Assembly: GCF_006345805.1 (NCBI RefSeq) | Contig: NC_042998.1 | Coordinates: 23,932,001-23,996,000 of the forward strand | Direction of reading: 5' to 3' | DNA: 64,000 bases | Source: Octopus sinensis | Lineage: Eukaryota | Shown: piece by piece, positions 1 through 11,957 of the stretch | Layout of the letters: every line of letters starts with the position of its first letter | Position numbering within the stretch: the first letter of the stretch is position 1 | Notes under the pieces: generated by a model | What the model saw: only the letters and a program-made list of their open reading frames with translations | The model's database searches: none | What the model was told of the DNA's origin: nothing | Translations under genes and position numbers: made by a program

Positions 1-160
1 TTCAGGTATCCCCACAAGAAAAAAATCAAGCTAGTCAAATCTGGGGAATGTGAAGGCTAGTTGACATTGCTGCCTCTCCAAAGCACTTCTGTAGCAATTG
101 CATTGTCTCTCTTATGGCACGAGCAGTTGCCCCATCTTGCTTGAACCATGTGTGAGGTCT
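1..160 (-). mobile_element. Tc1/mariner (maT/rosa-type) transposase relic, inverted segment
   Basis: Minus strand reads WFKQDGATARAIRETMQLLQKCFGE, then after a deletion/frameshift PSHSPDLTSL..FLWGYLK, the motifs around the 2nd and 3rd catalytic Asp. Confidence 0.8.
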
Positions 161-162
161 AC

Positions 163-556
163 TTTGAATGGCCTTCACATTCCCCAGAATTGACAAGCCT
201 GGGTTTTTTTCTTGTGGGGATACCTGAAAGAGAAGGTTTACATCAACAAACCAGAGACCCTGGTGCAACTGAAGAAGAACATCAATAGAGAAATCACAGA
301 AGTGGACTCTGAAACTCTTGAGGGTATTATTATGATGCAAGTTTTGGAAAGAGTACGGATATGCAAAGCTGAAAATGGCTGCCATTTAAGCGATGTCATT
401 TTTCATATATGATGTGGTGGTGTTGCAAAACTTGACTTGTGCATATTAATTTCCATTATGTCCTTTATATTGTATCAAAATTTCATGCCCTTATTTGTAA
501 AGTTAAGGAAGTTATTAAAAATTGAAACCCATCAGTGACTTTTGTGACACCCTGTA
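163..556 (+). mobile_element. Tc1/mariner (maT/rosa-type) transposase C-terminus and right TIR
   Basis: EWPSHSPELTS..FLWGYLKEKVYINKPETL...; ends TTTGTGACACCCTG|TA (reverse complement TA-CAGGGTGTCAC), a typical Tc1/mariner terminus with TA target. Confidence 0.85.
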
Positions 557-789
557 GATACTTTGGTTCTCAGTAGAATGGCAAATAATCGAGTCTTGAA
601 TTAGTAATGAATGTAATTTAGGCATGGGGCCATACATTTTGGGGAAGAGGGTACAGTTGGTTATATTGACTCCAGTACATGACAAGTATTTATTTCTTTG
701 ATCCTGGAAAGAGGAAAGCAACGGTATCCTTGTCAGAATTTGAACTTAGAACAAAAAACTTGCCCTTTGTCAGTTATAATTATAAGGGT

Positions 790-1282
790 TCTAGTTGACC
801 TGATTAACAGAAAAACCTGCTCGTGAAATTAATGTACAGGTGGCTGAGCTCTTCATAGACAAGTGTACTGTTAACATAGTTCTCAGGGAGATTCAGCATG
901 CCAAGGATTGTTGTTGTTAAGCAACAAGACAGGTAAGGGTGATTAGGTGATGGTCTAGGGCTTAGGGGCAGGAGACACCAGACCTTGGAAAAAAAAAACT
1001 TTGGTCGTCTTCTTGTAGTTGAGAGCTCTTCGTTGATGCCTGACACCACTGGGAGGTGGCCCTCAAAGTGGCTGGAAATGGAGATCTCCAGGTCCAAGTT
1101 CTTGAACAGTGCATGTCAAGGATGGTTGGCCCTTTGAAATACAGGTACTACTCAATCATGCCAGCTGAGTAGACTGAAGAAATGTGAAAGGGAGTGTCTT
1201 GCAGCTCAAAGATGCAATACACTGCCAGATATCGAACTCAAGACCTTAGAATTGTAAGCTGAACACGCTAACCACTAAGCTG
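790..1282 (-). mobile_element. tRNA-derived SINE family D, degenerate, with internal insertion
   Basis: Minus-strand head GCTTAGTGGTTAGC...GAGTTCGAT (A/B boxes); body homologous to the + strand copy at 44467-44740. Confidence 0.55.
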
Positions 1283-2354
1283 TCACTAACTTATAATAAA
1301 ACCAGCAACTAAATACCACATGATGCTGTGTATGTTGCATTACCGATTCTGCTACTCCACTGCTGTAATTGTTGATATAGAAATGTTAAATACTTTCCTC
1401 ATTCTACTTATTCACTGAGAAACACTATTTTTAATATATTCTGGCAGCAACAATGAAATATATAAATTTATATATAATGAAAGAAGACCAATGAATAAAT
1501 AAATAGATTGTCTTCATTTATTTTCTCCGCTGACTCTCTTAACAAATAAAATTGTTTTTCAAGAATCTATTTGGTTTCATCATTGGCGTGTTAGTTTTCG
1601 TTTAATATTTTAATGATATAATATATTCTCTTTTCATTCATATTAGACTCTCAGCATTAACGTTAGCAAGGCAATATTCTATGCATAAATTATTTACTTA
1701 TAATGGCAATATTATATTTGTTTAAAAGAAAGATCACATGTGTATGATAAAAGTAATGCAGTAACATATTTTCTTGCATGAGTCTTTAAGATAAATCAAT
1801 AATAATTTTATAATATAAAATATCCCTCTTTAAAAGACAAAAAAAAAATTAAATGAAAACACTATGGTTATTAACTTCCATGATATCTAAGACATTTATC
1901 AATATTGTTAGATATTTCATCAGTGTAATTGATGTTTATCAAATGGAATTATTTGATATTTATCATATGACATTAGTGAGATTAGATGTGATATGAAACG
2001 TATGGAGAAATAAAATTTCAAGTAGGGTAGCTCAGCTAAGTACTGAAGATCAGATAGGGGAGCCATAGAATGAAAGATTCGGTTCATGTGAAGATGGGAG
2101 TAGGACAAAAGTTGGTGACGATGGTCAGACAAAGGTGCGGTATTTTAACACCATTATCAGGACACGGAACTTCTGTGTCTGCATTCTTGGAGGCTTGGTG
2201 GACAGAAAAACGAGTTTGTGAGTGACAGGAGAAAAATGATGTGATGACATCTTGGACTGAATAAGAGGGGCCCTGGCAGAATGTATGGCTACACTACTAG
2301 ATTGTGGTATGTGGTGAGAAGTGGTGGTTGTATCTGAGGAATGGAGGCCTTGGC

Positions 2355-2890
2355 CATCATCATCCTCCTCCTCCTCCTCCTCATCATCATCATCATTATC
2401 ATCATTGTTTAATGTCCACCTTCCATGCTGGCATGGGTTGGACGGTTTGACAATAAGCTGGCTAGCAGAGAGCTGTCCAGACGGCAGCTGTCTGTTGTGG
2501 CATGGTTTCTATGGCTAGATACCTTTCTTAATGCCAACTACTTACGAGAGTGTACTGGGTGTTTATTACAAGAACAAGAACAAGCCTGTATGGGTGAAAG
2601 ACGGATTTTACTTAGCTTGTCACATCTTATCAAGAACTGCAAATTACCACACCTCCCAGTCCCTTGTCAAGATCCTTTCTCACCACTTTGTCCCACATCT
2701 TCATGGGTCTGCTTCTACAGGAACCTTCCACAATTAGAGCCTGACACTTCTTTATACAACTGTCCTCATCCATACATATCCCATGACCCAACCAGTGCAA
2801 TCATCTCTCTTGCACACATGATGCCTCTTATACCCAGTTTTCTTCTTAAATCATTTACACTCTGTCGTGCATGCACACAGACACTAACCA
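2355..2890 (-). mobile_element. Old 5'-truncated RTE-clade LINE
   Basis: Broken frame reads RQSVNDLRRKLGIRGI...MDEDSCIKKCQALIVEGSCRSRPMKMWDKVVRKDL; same tail as the younger RTEs, ending in (GAT)n. Confidence 0.75.
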
Positions 2891-3211
2891 TCCAGCAGAG
2901 CATTTCGCCTGGCATGTAAATGATTCTGCCAGCTTGCTGCCTTAACAAAATAGCTGGTTCATATAGCTCTATGGCTACATTGTCATGACTAGAGACATAT
3001 CAGGCTAAATTCACAATAGCAAATCTGTATCTTCTGTCTGCTTGGCTGGAGATTAGAAATATGAGTATGAAGTTGTTAAAGCAACTGTTTTTGACAGACT
3101 GAAAAAGCTTCTGATGATGAACAAAAATGAAAATGTAGTTGCCACCATGATGGTCTCCAAGCTCTGAAGTTTAGAACCAAAACTTCACCTATTTATCTGC
3201 TTTGTTAGACG

Positions 3212-3267
3212 TTTCTAGAAGGTTCTAGAAGGTTGAATCACATGCCATTTCAATGCTGATTGGTCAG
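3212..3267. promoter_or_regulatory. Perfect four-unit heat-shock-element-like motif and inverted CCAAT box
   Basis: TTTCTAGAAGGTTCTAGAAG = four alternating nGAAn units (3212-3231); CTGATTGG at 3256-3263. Motif match only. Confidence 0.3.
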
Positions 3268-4044
3268 TTAATCAGCTGATCATATGAAGTAACTATGACT
3301 AAACTTTGATGTTTACTCAGCTATTTCGGTGATTCAGTTTTGAATCTGCAACAGAATGATAACCAATATCAAACTAGAAAATGACTGAAGAAAAACCAGG
3401 AAGGTACTTTTGCGAAAATTGAAGGGAATATAGATTGTTAAATAAATACGAGAAACAGTCACAATAACAATAGCTTTTATGATAATAATAATAATGATAA
3501 TAATTGGGAGTGTTATCGTGTACATTGTTTTGTCTTGGTATAAAAGATGGGCTACAGCAAATATTCTGCTCAATACCACAGATTTGCTTGTTTGACCTTA
3601 ACCAGTTGACCATGTTTTGTTGTTTGACCATAACCAGTTGACCATGTCCCTTAGTGGCTGACGATATGTGCATCTCTGATCACGAGCAGAAGTAGTGTAG
3701 GAGCATCATAGCCATGTGTTGAGAGGGATTCTTTGGGGTTTGAATAATTCACCTCTGGAAACATGGGTGGTACTTTCAACATCCTTAAACAACCCTTATT
3801 CAGGGACCTTTTGAGCGCGATGGGCTACTCGACTTGAAGAAAATTCTAACTGGGCCCCACCTGCAAGGTCATGCGTTGTTTACCTTGATATGAGATCACC
3901 ATGTCGCGCACATATGGTTGTGATGCATGTGCCAGGTGTACCCTTATCAGACGGGTGGTCATGATGGGTATATTGGGCTTCATATATTTTACCCCAGTGT
4001 CACTTTTATGGCATGAACTGCTCTCTCACTCAATAATAATAATA

Positions 4045-4218
4045 ACATCGAAAAATACCTTAGGAATGAGAACCCAGGTTCGAAATTTCCCCAAGACACC
4101 TGATGAAGGCTGGAGGGTATATCAGCCAAAATGTTGTGTTAACAACAAACAAGAAGAGGACAAATATCCGTCAAATGTAAATAATGTACATAATTCCTCA
4201 TCTCTTAAATATAGAACT
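4045..4218 (+). mobile_element. PLE-type terminal repeat, copy 1, with decayed hammerhead
   Basis: Direct repeat of 4420-4562, preceded by (AAT)n; hammerhead 4095-4140 has CAGCC-AAAA-TGT in place of CAGCC-GAAA-CGT. Confidence 0.7.
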
Positions 4219-4470
4219 GTATTATCTAATTGGTACGGAGCCAACATTAGACTTCAATAATAATAGTAATAACAATAATAATAATAATAATAAATGGCCT
4301 ACCAATGTATACTATGAGTTTCTTTGCCCTAGGAGTCGGGAAGACACTCGGCAAGAAATGGAAGCAAATTTGAAAGAAGAAAAAAAAAAGTAATAATAAT
4401 AATAATAATAATATGATTGACATCGAAAAATACCTTAGGAATGAGAACCCAGGTTTGAAATTTCCCCCAA

Positions 4471-4516
4471 AACACCTGATGAAGGTTGGAGGATATATCA
4501 GCCGAAACGTTGTGTT
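4471..4516 (+). ncRNA. Minimal type I hammerhead ribozyme motif, intact core
   Basis: AACAC CTGATGA A GGTTG gaggatatat CAGCC GAAA CGT T GTGTT: stem I AACAC/GTGTT, stem II GGTTG/CAGCC, palindromic stem III AACGTT, GUU site. Confidence 0.8.
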
Positions 4517-5148
4517 AACAACAAACAAGATGAGGACAAATATCCGTCAAATGTAAATAATGAACAATAGCTTTTATTCTCTAAAAGTAGATGATAAATG
4601 AAAACCAATAATTATATATAAACCATGAATGCCTCAAGCCAATAACAGGAAGCCTCTGAGAGTTGTCAAGCTCCCAGAAATAGTAGCTAAATTTCCTTCA
4701 AATCAAGTTTGATTGTATTGTTGAAAAGTGTTTCATCAATGGTCTTTTTAATCAGAGATGACCGAAGGCACAAACAAGCAATTGTGGCAGAATATAAACT
4801 GCTAGCATCCCAGATGGATTCCTGATACTGTATTCACTTGGACAGCCATTCTTCCATTAAGAGAGAATAGACAGTACAAGAGATTAAACTTAATTAAGTG
4901 AAACAGAAAGACCTCTCGTAGTTATTACATATGCTTAATTCTATCGTAATTTTTTTTCATTTATTGAATCCAGATCATCAAATAGATATATTTGTCATTG
5001 TGCTGCAGCTTTAGATTAAAGGTATCCTTGATTAAGCAAACCTATGATCAAAAGCTTCCCATCAATGACTGTCCCATTTCTCTTTAACCATGGTGTGTTT
5101 GGAGCTGTATTATCTAATGACACACACACTATAGTTTATATATATATA

Positions 5149-5307
5149 TGGAGTGGCTCTGTGGTAAGTAGCTTGCTTACCAACCACATGGTTCCAGAGT
5201 TCAGTCCCACTGCGTGGCACCTTGGGCAAGTGTCTTCTACTATAGCTTTGGGCCGATCAAAGCCTTGCGAGTGAGTTTGGAAGATGGAAACTAAAAGAAG
5301 CCCGTCG

Positions 5308-5338
<31 letters not shown>

Positions 5339-5545
5339 GTATGTGCATGTATATGTTTGTGTCTGTGTTTGTCACCTAAGATCACTTGACAACCGATGCT
5401 GGTGTGTTTACGTTCCCGTCACTTAGCAGTTCGGCAAAAGATGCCGATAGAATAAGTACTAGGCTTACAAAGAATAAGTCTTGGGGTTGATTTGTTTGAC
5501 TAAAGGCAGTACTCCAGCATGGCCACAGTCAAATGACTGAAACTC
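5149..5545 (+). mobile_element. SINE-A (tRNA head, CORE-like CCTTGGGCAAG, internal TA/TG microsatellite; probably an octopus OR-type family)
   Basis: A-box GTGGTAAG, B-box GAGTTCAGTCCC; about 22 related copies in the window. Family name from memory, unverified. Confidence 0.9.
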
Positions 5546-5703
5546 GTGGAGTGGTTGGCATTAGGAAGGGCATCCAGCTGTAGAAACACTGCCAGATCAG
5601 ACTGGAGCCTGGTGCAGCCCCTGGCTTCCCAGATCCTGGTCGAACTGTCCAACCCGTGCTAGCGTGGAAAACGAACGTTAAATGATGATGATGATGATGA
5701 TGA
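5546..5703 (+). mobile_element. RTE 3' tail with (GAT)n
   Basis: GGAGTGGTTGGCATTAGGAAGGGCATCCAGCTGTAGAAAC...AACGTTAAATGATGATG, also the end of the ORF-bearing copy at 6615-6770. Confidence 0.85.
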
Positions 5704-5706
5704 TAA

Positions 5707-6770
5707 GGCCTCTCGCTCAGAGTAAAAGGCAGACTGTATGATGCATGTGTATGAACTGCCATGCTACATGGCAGTGAAACATGGGCCGTGACTGCTGAGG
5801 ACATGCGTAAGCTCATGAGGAATGAAGCCAGTATGCTCCGATGGATGTGTAATGTCAGTGTACTTACTCGACAGAGCGTTAGTACCTTGAGAGAAATGTT
5901 GTACCTAAGAAGCATCAGTTGTGGTGTGCAAGAGAGACGATTGCGCTGGTATGGTCATGTGGCGAGAATGGATGAAGATAGGTGTGTGAGAAAGTGCCAA
6001 TCCCTAGCAGTTGAGGGAACCCATGGAAGAGGTAGACCCAGGAAAACCTGGGACAAGGTGGTGAAGCACGACCTTCGAACGTTAGGTCTCACCATGGAAA
6101 TGACTAGAGACCGAGACCTATGGAAGTATGCTGTGCGTGAGAAGACCCGGCAAGACTAGTGAAGCCATAACCCGTGGCCCCTACCTGGGACGTAGTCAGT
6201 CCACCTGTGCATACCTTCCTTCTTGTGACACTTGTGAAGACCTGTTGAGGCAAGTGAAAATCAAAATCAAATCAAACCAAATCAAAATAGATGAACATCA
6301 ATGGAATTTGTATCTTTGTGGTACCAGTGCCGGTGGCACATAAGAAAACCATCCGAACATGGCCATAGCCAGTACCGCATCGACTGGCCTCCGTGCTGTG
6401 GGCGCGTAACAAACACCATCCGATCGTGGCTGTTCGCCAGCCTCGTCTGGCACCTGTGTCGGTGGCACATAAAAAACACCATCCGAGCGTGGCCGTCTGC
6501 CAGCCTCGTCTGGCACCTGTGTCGGTGGCACATAAAAAACACCATTCGAGCGTGGCTGTCTGCCAGCCTCGTCTGGCACCTGTGTCGGTGGCACATAAAA
6601 TCACCCACTATTCTCTCGGAGTGGTTGGCATTAGGAAAGGCATCCAGCTGTAGAAACACTGCCAGATCTGACTGGCCTGGTGCAGCCTTCGGGCTGCCAG
6701 ACCCCAGTTGAACCGTCCGACCCATGCTAGCATGGAAAGCGGACGTTAAACGATGATGATGATACATATA
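5707..6770 (+). mobile_element. 5'-truncated RTE-clade LINE: ORF C-terminus and repeat-containing 3' UTR
   Basis: ORF 5761-6159 LHGSETWAV...ERRLRWYGHVARMDEDR...GRGRPRKTW is the typical RTE C-terminal domain; (GAT)n tail. Confidence 0.92.
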
Positions 6771-7491
6771 TGTATATGTGCATGTGTGTGTGTGTGTGTG
6801 TGTAAAATCTTTTAATAGTTTTATTGGGTGATTGTCCAGTGATTGGCTAAAACTAGATCTTCGCTTGTTGAATCCATTGAGGCAGTTCTTATCTATAGCT
6901 TTTGTGAAGTTATACAAATAAAAGACAAATTTCCTTTTCAGTTGACACTTATCTCTATCTAGTAACCTTTTCCTTCCCACCACACACACACACACACACA
7001 GATGGTTTTGAATTCATCAATACAAATAAAGAACTCATTCGTCAGTCCAACAGAAGTACACTGAAGATTATTCAAATCGTGAATAACGATATATCAAATA
7101 TTGCTGTCTGGAACTGAGTGAAATCATGACATAATAACATGGACATATCAAAATACGTAAATGCAAACATAGGCCTAGACATGGTTGTGAGGTTGAAAAG
7201 GTTGCTTTGCAAACATGTTAGCTTTGGTTGTGGTCATATTGTGTGGAGTGAAGGAAGGTACATAGCTTGGTGGTCAGGGTATTTCGCATGTGAACATAAG
7301 GTTTTCGGTTAGATACCGGGAGGCATGCTGAGTCCTTGAACAAAATACATTACGTCATGTTGCACATTAATTCCTCAAACCGGTTGTGCCACATTCACTG
7401 GATCAACAGTAGCAGTCATTGCCATAACCAACAGTATACCAGTATATCTATGTGTATATATATGTACACACACACACACATATATATAGGT

Positions 7492-7655
7492 GCAGGAGTG
7501 GCTGTGCTGTAAGTACCTTGCATACCAACCACATGGTTCTGGGTTCAGTCCCACTGTGTGGCACCATGGGCAAGTGTCTTCTACTATAGCCTTGGGCCAA
7601 CCAAAGCCTTGTGAGTGGATTTGGTAGATGGAAACAGAAAGAAGCCCGTTGTATA
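7492..7655 (+). mobile_element. SINE-A 5' half, fused to RTE fragment
   Basis: tRNA head and CORE-like part, ending at the internal TA tract. Confidence 0.85.
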
Positions 7656-7667
7656 AATATATATTTA

Positions 7668-8575
7668 TACGGCAGAGTGTAAGTACCTTGAGAGAAAAGC
7701 TGGACCTAAGAAGCATCAGTTGTGGTGTGCAAGAGAGACGTTTGCGCTGGTATGGTCATGTGGCGAGAATGGATGAAGATAGTTGTGTGAAAAAGTGCCA
7801 CACCCTAGCGGTTGAGGGAACCTGTGGAAGAGGCAGACCCAGGAAAACCTGGGACGAGGTGGTGAAGCACGACCTTCGAACTTTAGGTCTCACTGAGGAA
7901 ATGACTAGAGTCCGAGACCTCTGGAAGTGTGCTGTGCGCGAGAAGACCCGGCAGGACAAGTGAGTCCACAACCCGTGGCCTTCTACATGGGATGGAGCCA
8001 GCCTACGTATGCATACCTTCCCTTCTTGGGACACAAAACTCTACTTGTGAAGACGTGTGAGGCAAGTGAGGATCAGAATCGAAATCGATCAATGGAAATT
8101 GCGGATGTGCTACCAGTGCCGGTGGCATGTCGAAACTCTGCTTGTGAAGACCCATTGAGGCAAGTGAGGATCAGAATCGAAATCGATCAATGGAAATCGA
8201 TCAATGGAAATTGCAGATGTGTTACCAGTGCCGGTGGCATGTAAGAGAACTTTCCGTTTCGCGACCGTTGCCAGCACCGCCCCGTTTCGTGTCCGTTGCC
8301 AGCCTCGCCTGGCCCTCGTGCCGGTGGCACATAAAAAGCACCATCCGTTCGTGGCCGTTTGCCAGCTCTGTCTGGCACCAGTGCGGGTGGCACGTAAAAA
8401 GCACCCACTACACTCACGGAGTGGTTGGCGTTAGGAAGGGCATCCAGCCGTAGAAACACTGCCAGATTTGACTGGGCCTGATGAAGCCTTCTGGCTTCAC
8501 AGACCCCAGTTGAACCGTCCAACCCATGCTAGCATGGAAAACGGACGCTAAATGATGATGATGATGATGATGATG
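7668..8575 (+). mobile_element. 5'-truncated RTE-clade LINE
   Basis: RQSVSTLREKLDLRSISCGVQERRLRWYGHVARMDEDS...GRGRPRKTWDEVVKHDL; UTR repeats; (GAT)n tail. Confidence 0.92.
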
Positions 8576-8648
8576 TATGTGTATACAGTGGGACTGAACC
8601 CGGAACCATGTGGTTGGCAAGCAAGCTACTTACCACACAGCCACTCCT

Positions 8649-8682
<34 letters not shown>

Positions 8683-8683
8683 A

Positions 8684-8970
8684 AGCACCATCTGAATGTG
8701 GCCATTGCCAGTGCCTCCTGACTGGCTCCTGTGCCGGTGGCATGTAAAAGACGCTATCTGAACGTGATTGATGCTAGGCCCGCCTGTCTGGCTCCTGTGC
8801 TGGTGGCATATAAAAAAGAGTGGTTGGTGTTAGGAAGGGCATCCAGCTGTAGAAACATTGCCAGATCAGATTGGAGCTTGGTGCAGCCACTGGCTTTCCA
8901 CGCCTCAGTCAAACCATCCAGCCCATGCCAGCATGATAAATGGATGTTAAACGATGATGATGATGATGAT
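8684..8970 (+). mobile_element. RTE 3' UTR and tail fragment
   Basis: Two UTR hairpin modules, then the conserved tail and (GAT)n. Confidence 0.8.
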
Positions 8971-8980
8971 ACACACACAC

Positions 8981-9201
8981 ACATGAGAGGGTGTGGAAAA
9001 GTTCATAGCTTTAAAGGTATCATAAAAGGCCTGGCTGGAAGTTGTTCATACTTCTGAGTTTTTCAACAGATCTTAGAAAATCTGAAGGATCCCTGCAATC
9101 AACGTGTGAATCTGAGAGGGGAATATGTTGACTAAAATCATAACTAACTGTTCCTCCTGTATTTTCTTTGACCCAAAGCCAGGAACAGTACTTCTTCGTA
9201 A
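8981..9201 (+). mobile_element. Mariner-derived MITE (internal deletion derivative)
   Basis: Degenerate inverted ends (GAAAAGTTCATAGCTTT ... AAAGCCAGGAAC..CTTCGTA); internal NQRVNLRGEYVD* resembles the mariner C-terminus. Confidence 0.6.
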
Positions 9202-9351
9202 CACAGCACATGAACACACAAATAATTATGTAATTTACCATTGTATGATTACCAAATCATACAATTCCTCAAATGCTCATTATTGTTTTTTTGCTATTTT
9301 ATAATTTCATACGAGCACTTAACTTCCTTTTTGTAAAAAATCTCTCACAGC

Positions 9352-9735
9352 ATAGCTGTGTGATAAGAGGCTTGCTTTCTAATCACATAATTCCAGGTTC
9401 AGTCTCACTGCATGGCACCTTGGGCAAGTGCCTTCTACTATAACTACAGGATGACCAAAGCCTTATGAGTAGATTTGGCAGACAGAAACTGAGAGAAGCC
9501 TGTTGTATATAAGTATATGTATATATCTATGTATGTGTGTCTGTGTTTGTCTGCACCTCCACCGCTTGACAACCTGTGTTGGTGTATTTATGTCCCCATA
9601 ACTTAGTGGTTTGGCCAGACAGATCGATAAAATAAGTACCAAGCTTTAAACAAAATGTACATTCGACTATAAATTCTTCAAGGCAGTGCCCCAGTATGGC
9701 CACAGTCTAATGACTGAAACAAGTAAAAGCTAAAA
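9352..9735 (+). mobile_element. SINE-A, diverged
   Basis: Same consensus as 5149-5545; extra tail fragment to about 9950. Confidence 0.8.
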
Positions 9736-10084
9736 GACATATGTCTATAAGTGTGCGTCTTTGTGTCTGTATTTGTCCTTCCACTCTCGCTCACACCTTG
9801 AAAACTGGTGTTGGTGTGTTTACATCCCCATAACTTAGTGGCTCAACCAAAGGCACCAATCTAAGTACTGAGGTTAACTAAAACCTGTTAAAGGGGTGCC
9901 CCAGCATGGCCACAGTCTGTTGACTGAAATAAGTAAAAAAAATAAAAAGATAAAATGCTGTAAGATAAACTTATGCAGACTTCTAATTTTAACAGACAAT
10001 TACTCATATATTATTCATTTCACAAATATTTATTATAGACTTCCATTGCAGACATTTATTTAGACTGTGCATTAGTTTCATGTT

Positions 10085-10406
10085 GTGGCTGTGTGGTAAG
10101 TAGCTTGCTTACCAACCACATGGTTCCAGGTTCAGTCCCACTGCGTGGTACCTTGGGCAAGTGTCTTCTACTATAGCCTCAGGCTGATAAACACAGATAT
10201 ACAAACACACACACACACATATATATATATATACATATACATATATACGACGGGCTTCTTTCAGTTTCCATCTACCAAATCCACTCACAAGGCTTTGGTT
10301 GGCCTGAGGCTATAATAGAAGACACTTGTCCAAGGTGCCCCGCAGTGGGACTGAACCTGGAACCATTTGGCTGGTAAGGAAGCTACTTACCACACATCCA
10401 CTCCTT
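10085..10406. mobile_element. SINE-A foldback (two heads pointing inward)
   Basis: + head 10085-10190 is the reverse complement of the - head ending at 10406. Confidence 0.85.
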
Positions 10407-11029
10407 GGAGATATAATTTCAAAGTGTTTAGGGTGTCATAGTGAGGTTCTGATTAAAGACTTTGCAATTAAAAAATTAAGGAGAAAACATTCCAAATATG
10501 AATAAAATGGAAGCATACAAAAATAAACATTATTTTCCATCTTGCTGCAAATTTTGTTTCATTTTGGAAAAAAAAAATTATTTTAAGGATTAATATCATT
10601 ATATTTTGAATTACAAATATATGGGGGCAGCTGAATCATTTTAGTGCTTAGGTCTTCTGTGGGTCTTAATCCGGCCCTTGATGTAGAGATGAATGTCATA
10701 AATGGAATAAAGATGGAGGTGTGTCTAATGGTAAATATCAGTTCTGGAGAAGGTGAATGAATTCTAATTCACAATGGTTCGGGAAGTAGGGGCCAGCACA
10801 GATGGGGACCAGTATAACAAACTTGTAGGTAAATCATAAGATGTGTTGATGTTATGTGGGTGATATGTATGTATATGTATAACAGTTTTCTGTACAGCTT
10901 CTGTCAGCCAATTTCATTTACAAGGAACCAGTCAGTCTGAAATTACAGTAGAAGAAACTTACCCAAGATGTCAGTGTGACTGAACCAAAAATCACATCGT
11001 TAAGAAGAGAAATTCTTAAACACAGTCAT

Positions 11030-11570
11030 TTATGATTGTATGTATGTATGCATGCATGTATGAATGTATATGTATCCATGTATGTATGTATATATGTATG
11101 CATACATACATGCGAATATGTATGTATGAGTGTGTACATGTGAGTGTCCATGTGTTTGTTTATATGTATGTATGCATGTCTGTCTGTCTGCATGTATGTA
11201 TGAATATATATGTATGTATATGTATGTATGTATGTATATGTATGTATATGTATGTATGAATGTATATGTATGTATATGTATGTATGAATGTATATGTATG
11301 TGTATGTATGTATGTATGTATGTATGCATGAATGTACATGCGAATCTGTATATGTTGTTTGTTGTGTAGTGTGTGCATGTATTGTATGTATGTATGTTGT
11401 GTATGTATGTATGTATTATATGTATGCATGCATACATACATGCGAATATGTATGTGTGTTTTTGTGTATGTGTGTGTATGTATGTATGTATGTATGTATG
11501 TATGTATGTATGTATGCATGCATGTACGCATGTGTGTGCGTGTGTATGTGTAAGCATGTACATGTGCATG
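11030..11570. repeat. Compound (TATG)n/(TG)n microsatellite
   Basis: Direct reading; source of the H/I/Y/T-rich false ORFs. Confidence 0.95.
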
Positions 11571-11957
11571 TGTCTTCGTGCCTTATTGCCTGAAGGGTCC
11601 GGAGCCTCGTGATTGCTGTTGTTACAGACATCATTCGAAATATTCTTTATATGACAGGAATATTTATCAACTGACAACACATATTAATTGGCAAATTCGC
11701 TTGATATTTCAACTGCTTCTTCTGCACCATATCATTGCTTACCATTAATGCCAAACCATATTTATCATTTTGCTTCATTTCATATCAGCTTCGGTAAAGT
11801 TAAAATGACTAAGTAGATACAACATTAGACTGCCAACTTTTGCTTCTTCAAATACCTGAACACATTAAATTATTTTCCATCTCTTCTTGGATACCTGTGG
11901 CCTTTTTGAAGCTATCCCTATTTCTATATGTGTGCAAGTACATGTGCCTGTCAGGTA

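Noticed and set aside
1875-2340. CTGATGA with a hairpin at about 1925 (minus) and faint GIY-YIG-like residues upstream
   Set aside because: No GAAA in position; the protein similarity is too weak to support by eye.
3105-3145. CTGATGATGAACAAAAATGAAAATGTAG
   Set aside because: No stem II or stem I pairing.
6388-6610. CRISPR-like look of the 63-bp palindromic array
   Set aside because: Units repeat entirely with no unique spacers, there are no cas genes, and the array lies in a eukaryotic LINE UTR.
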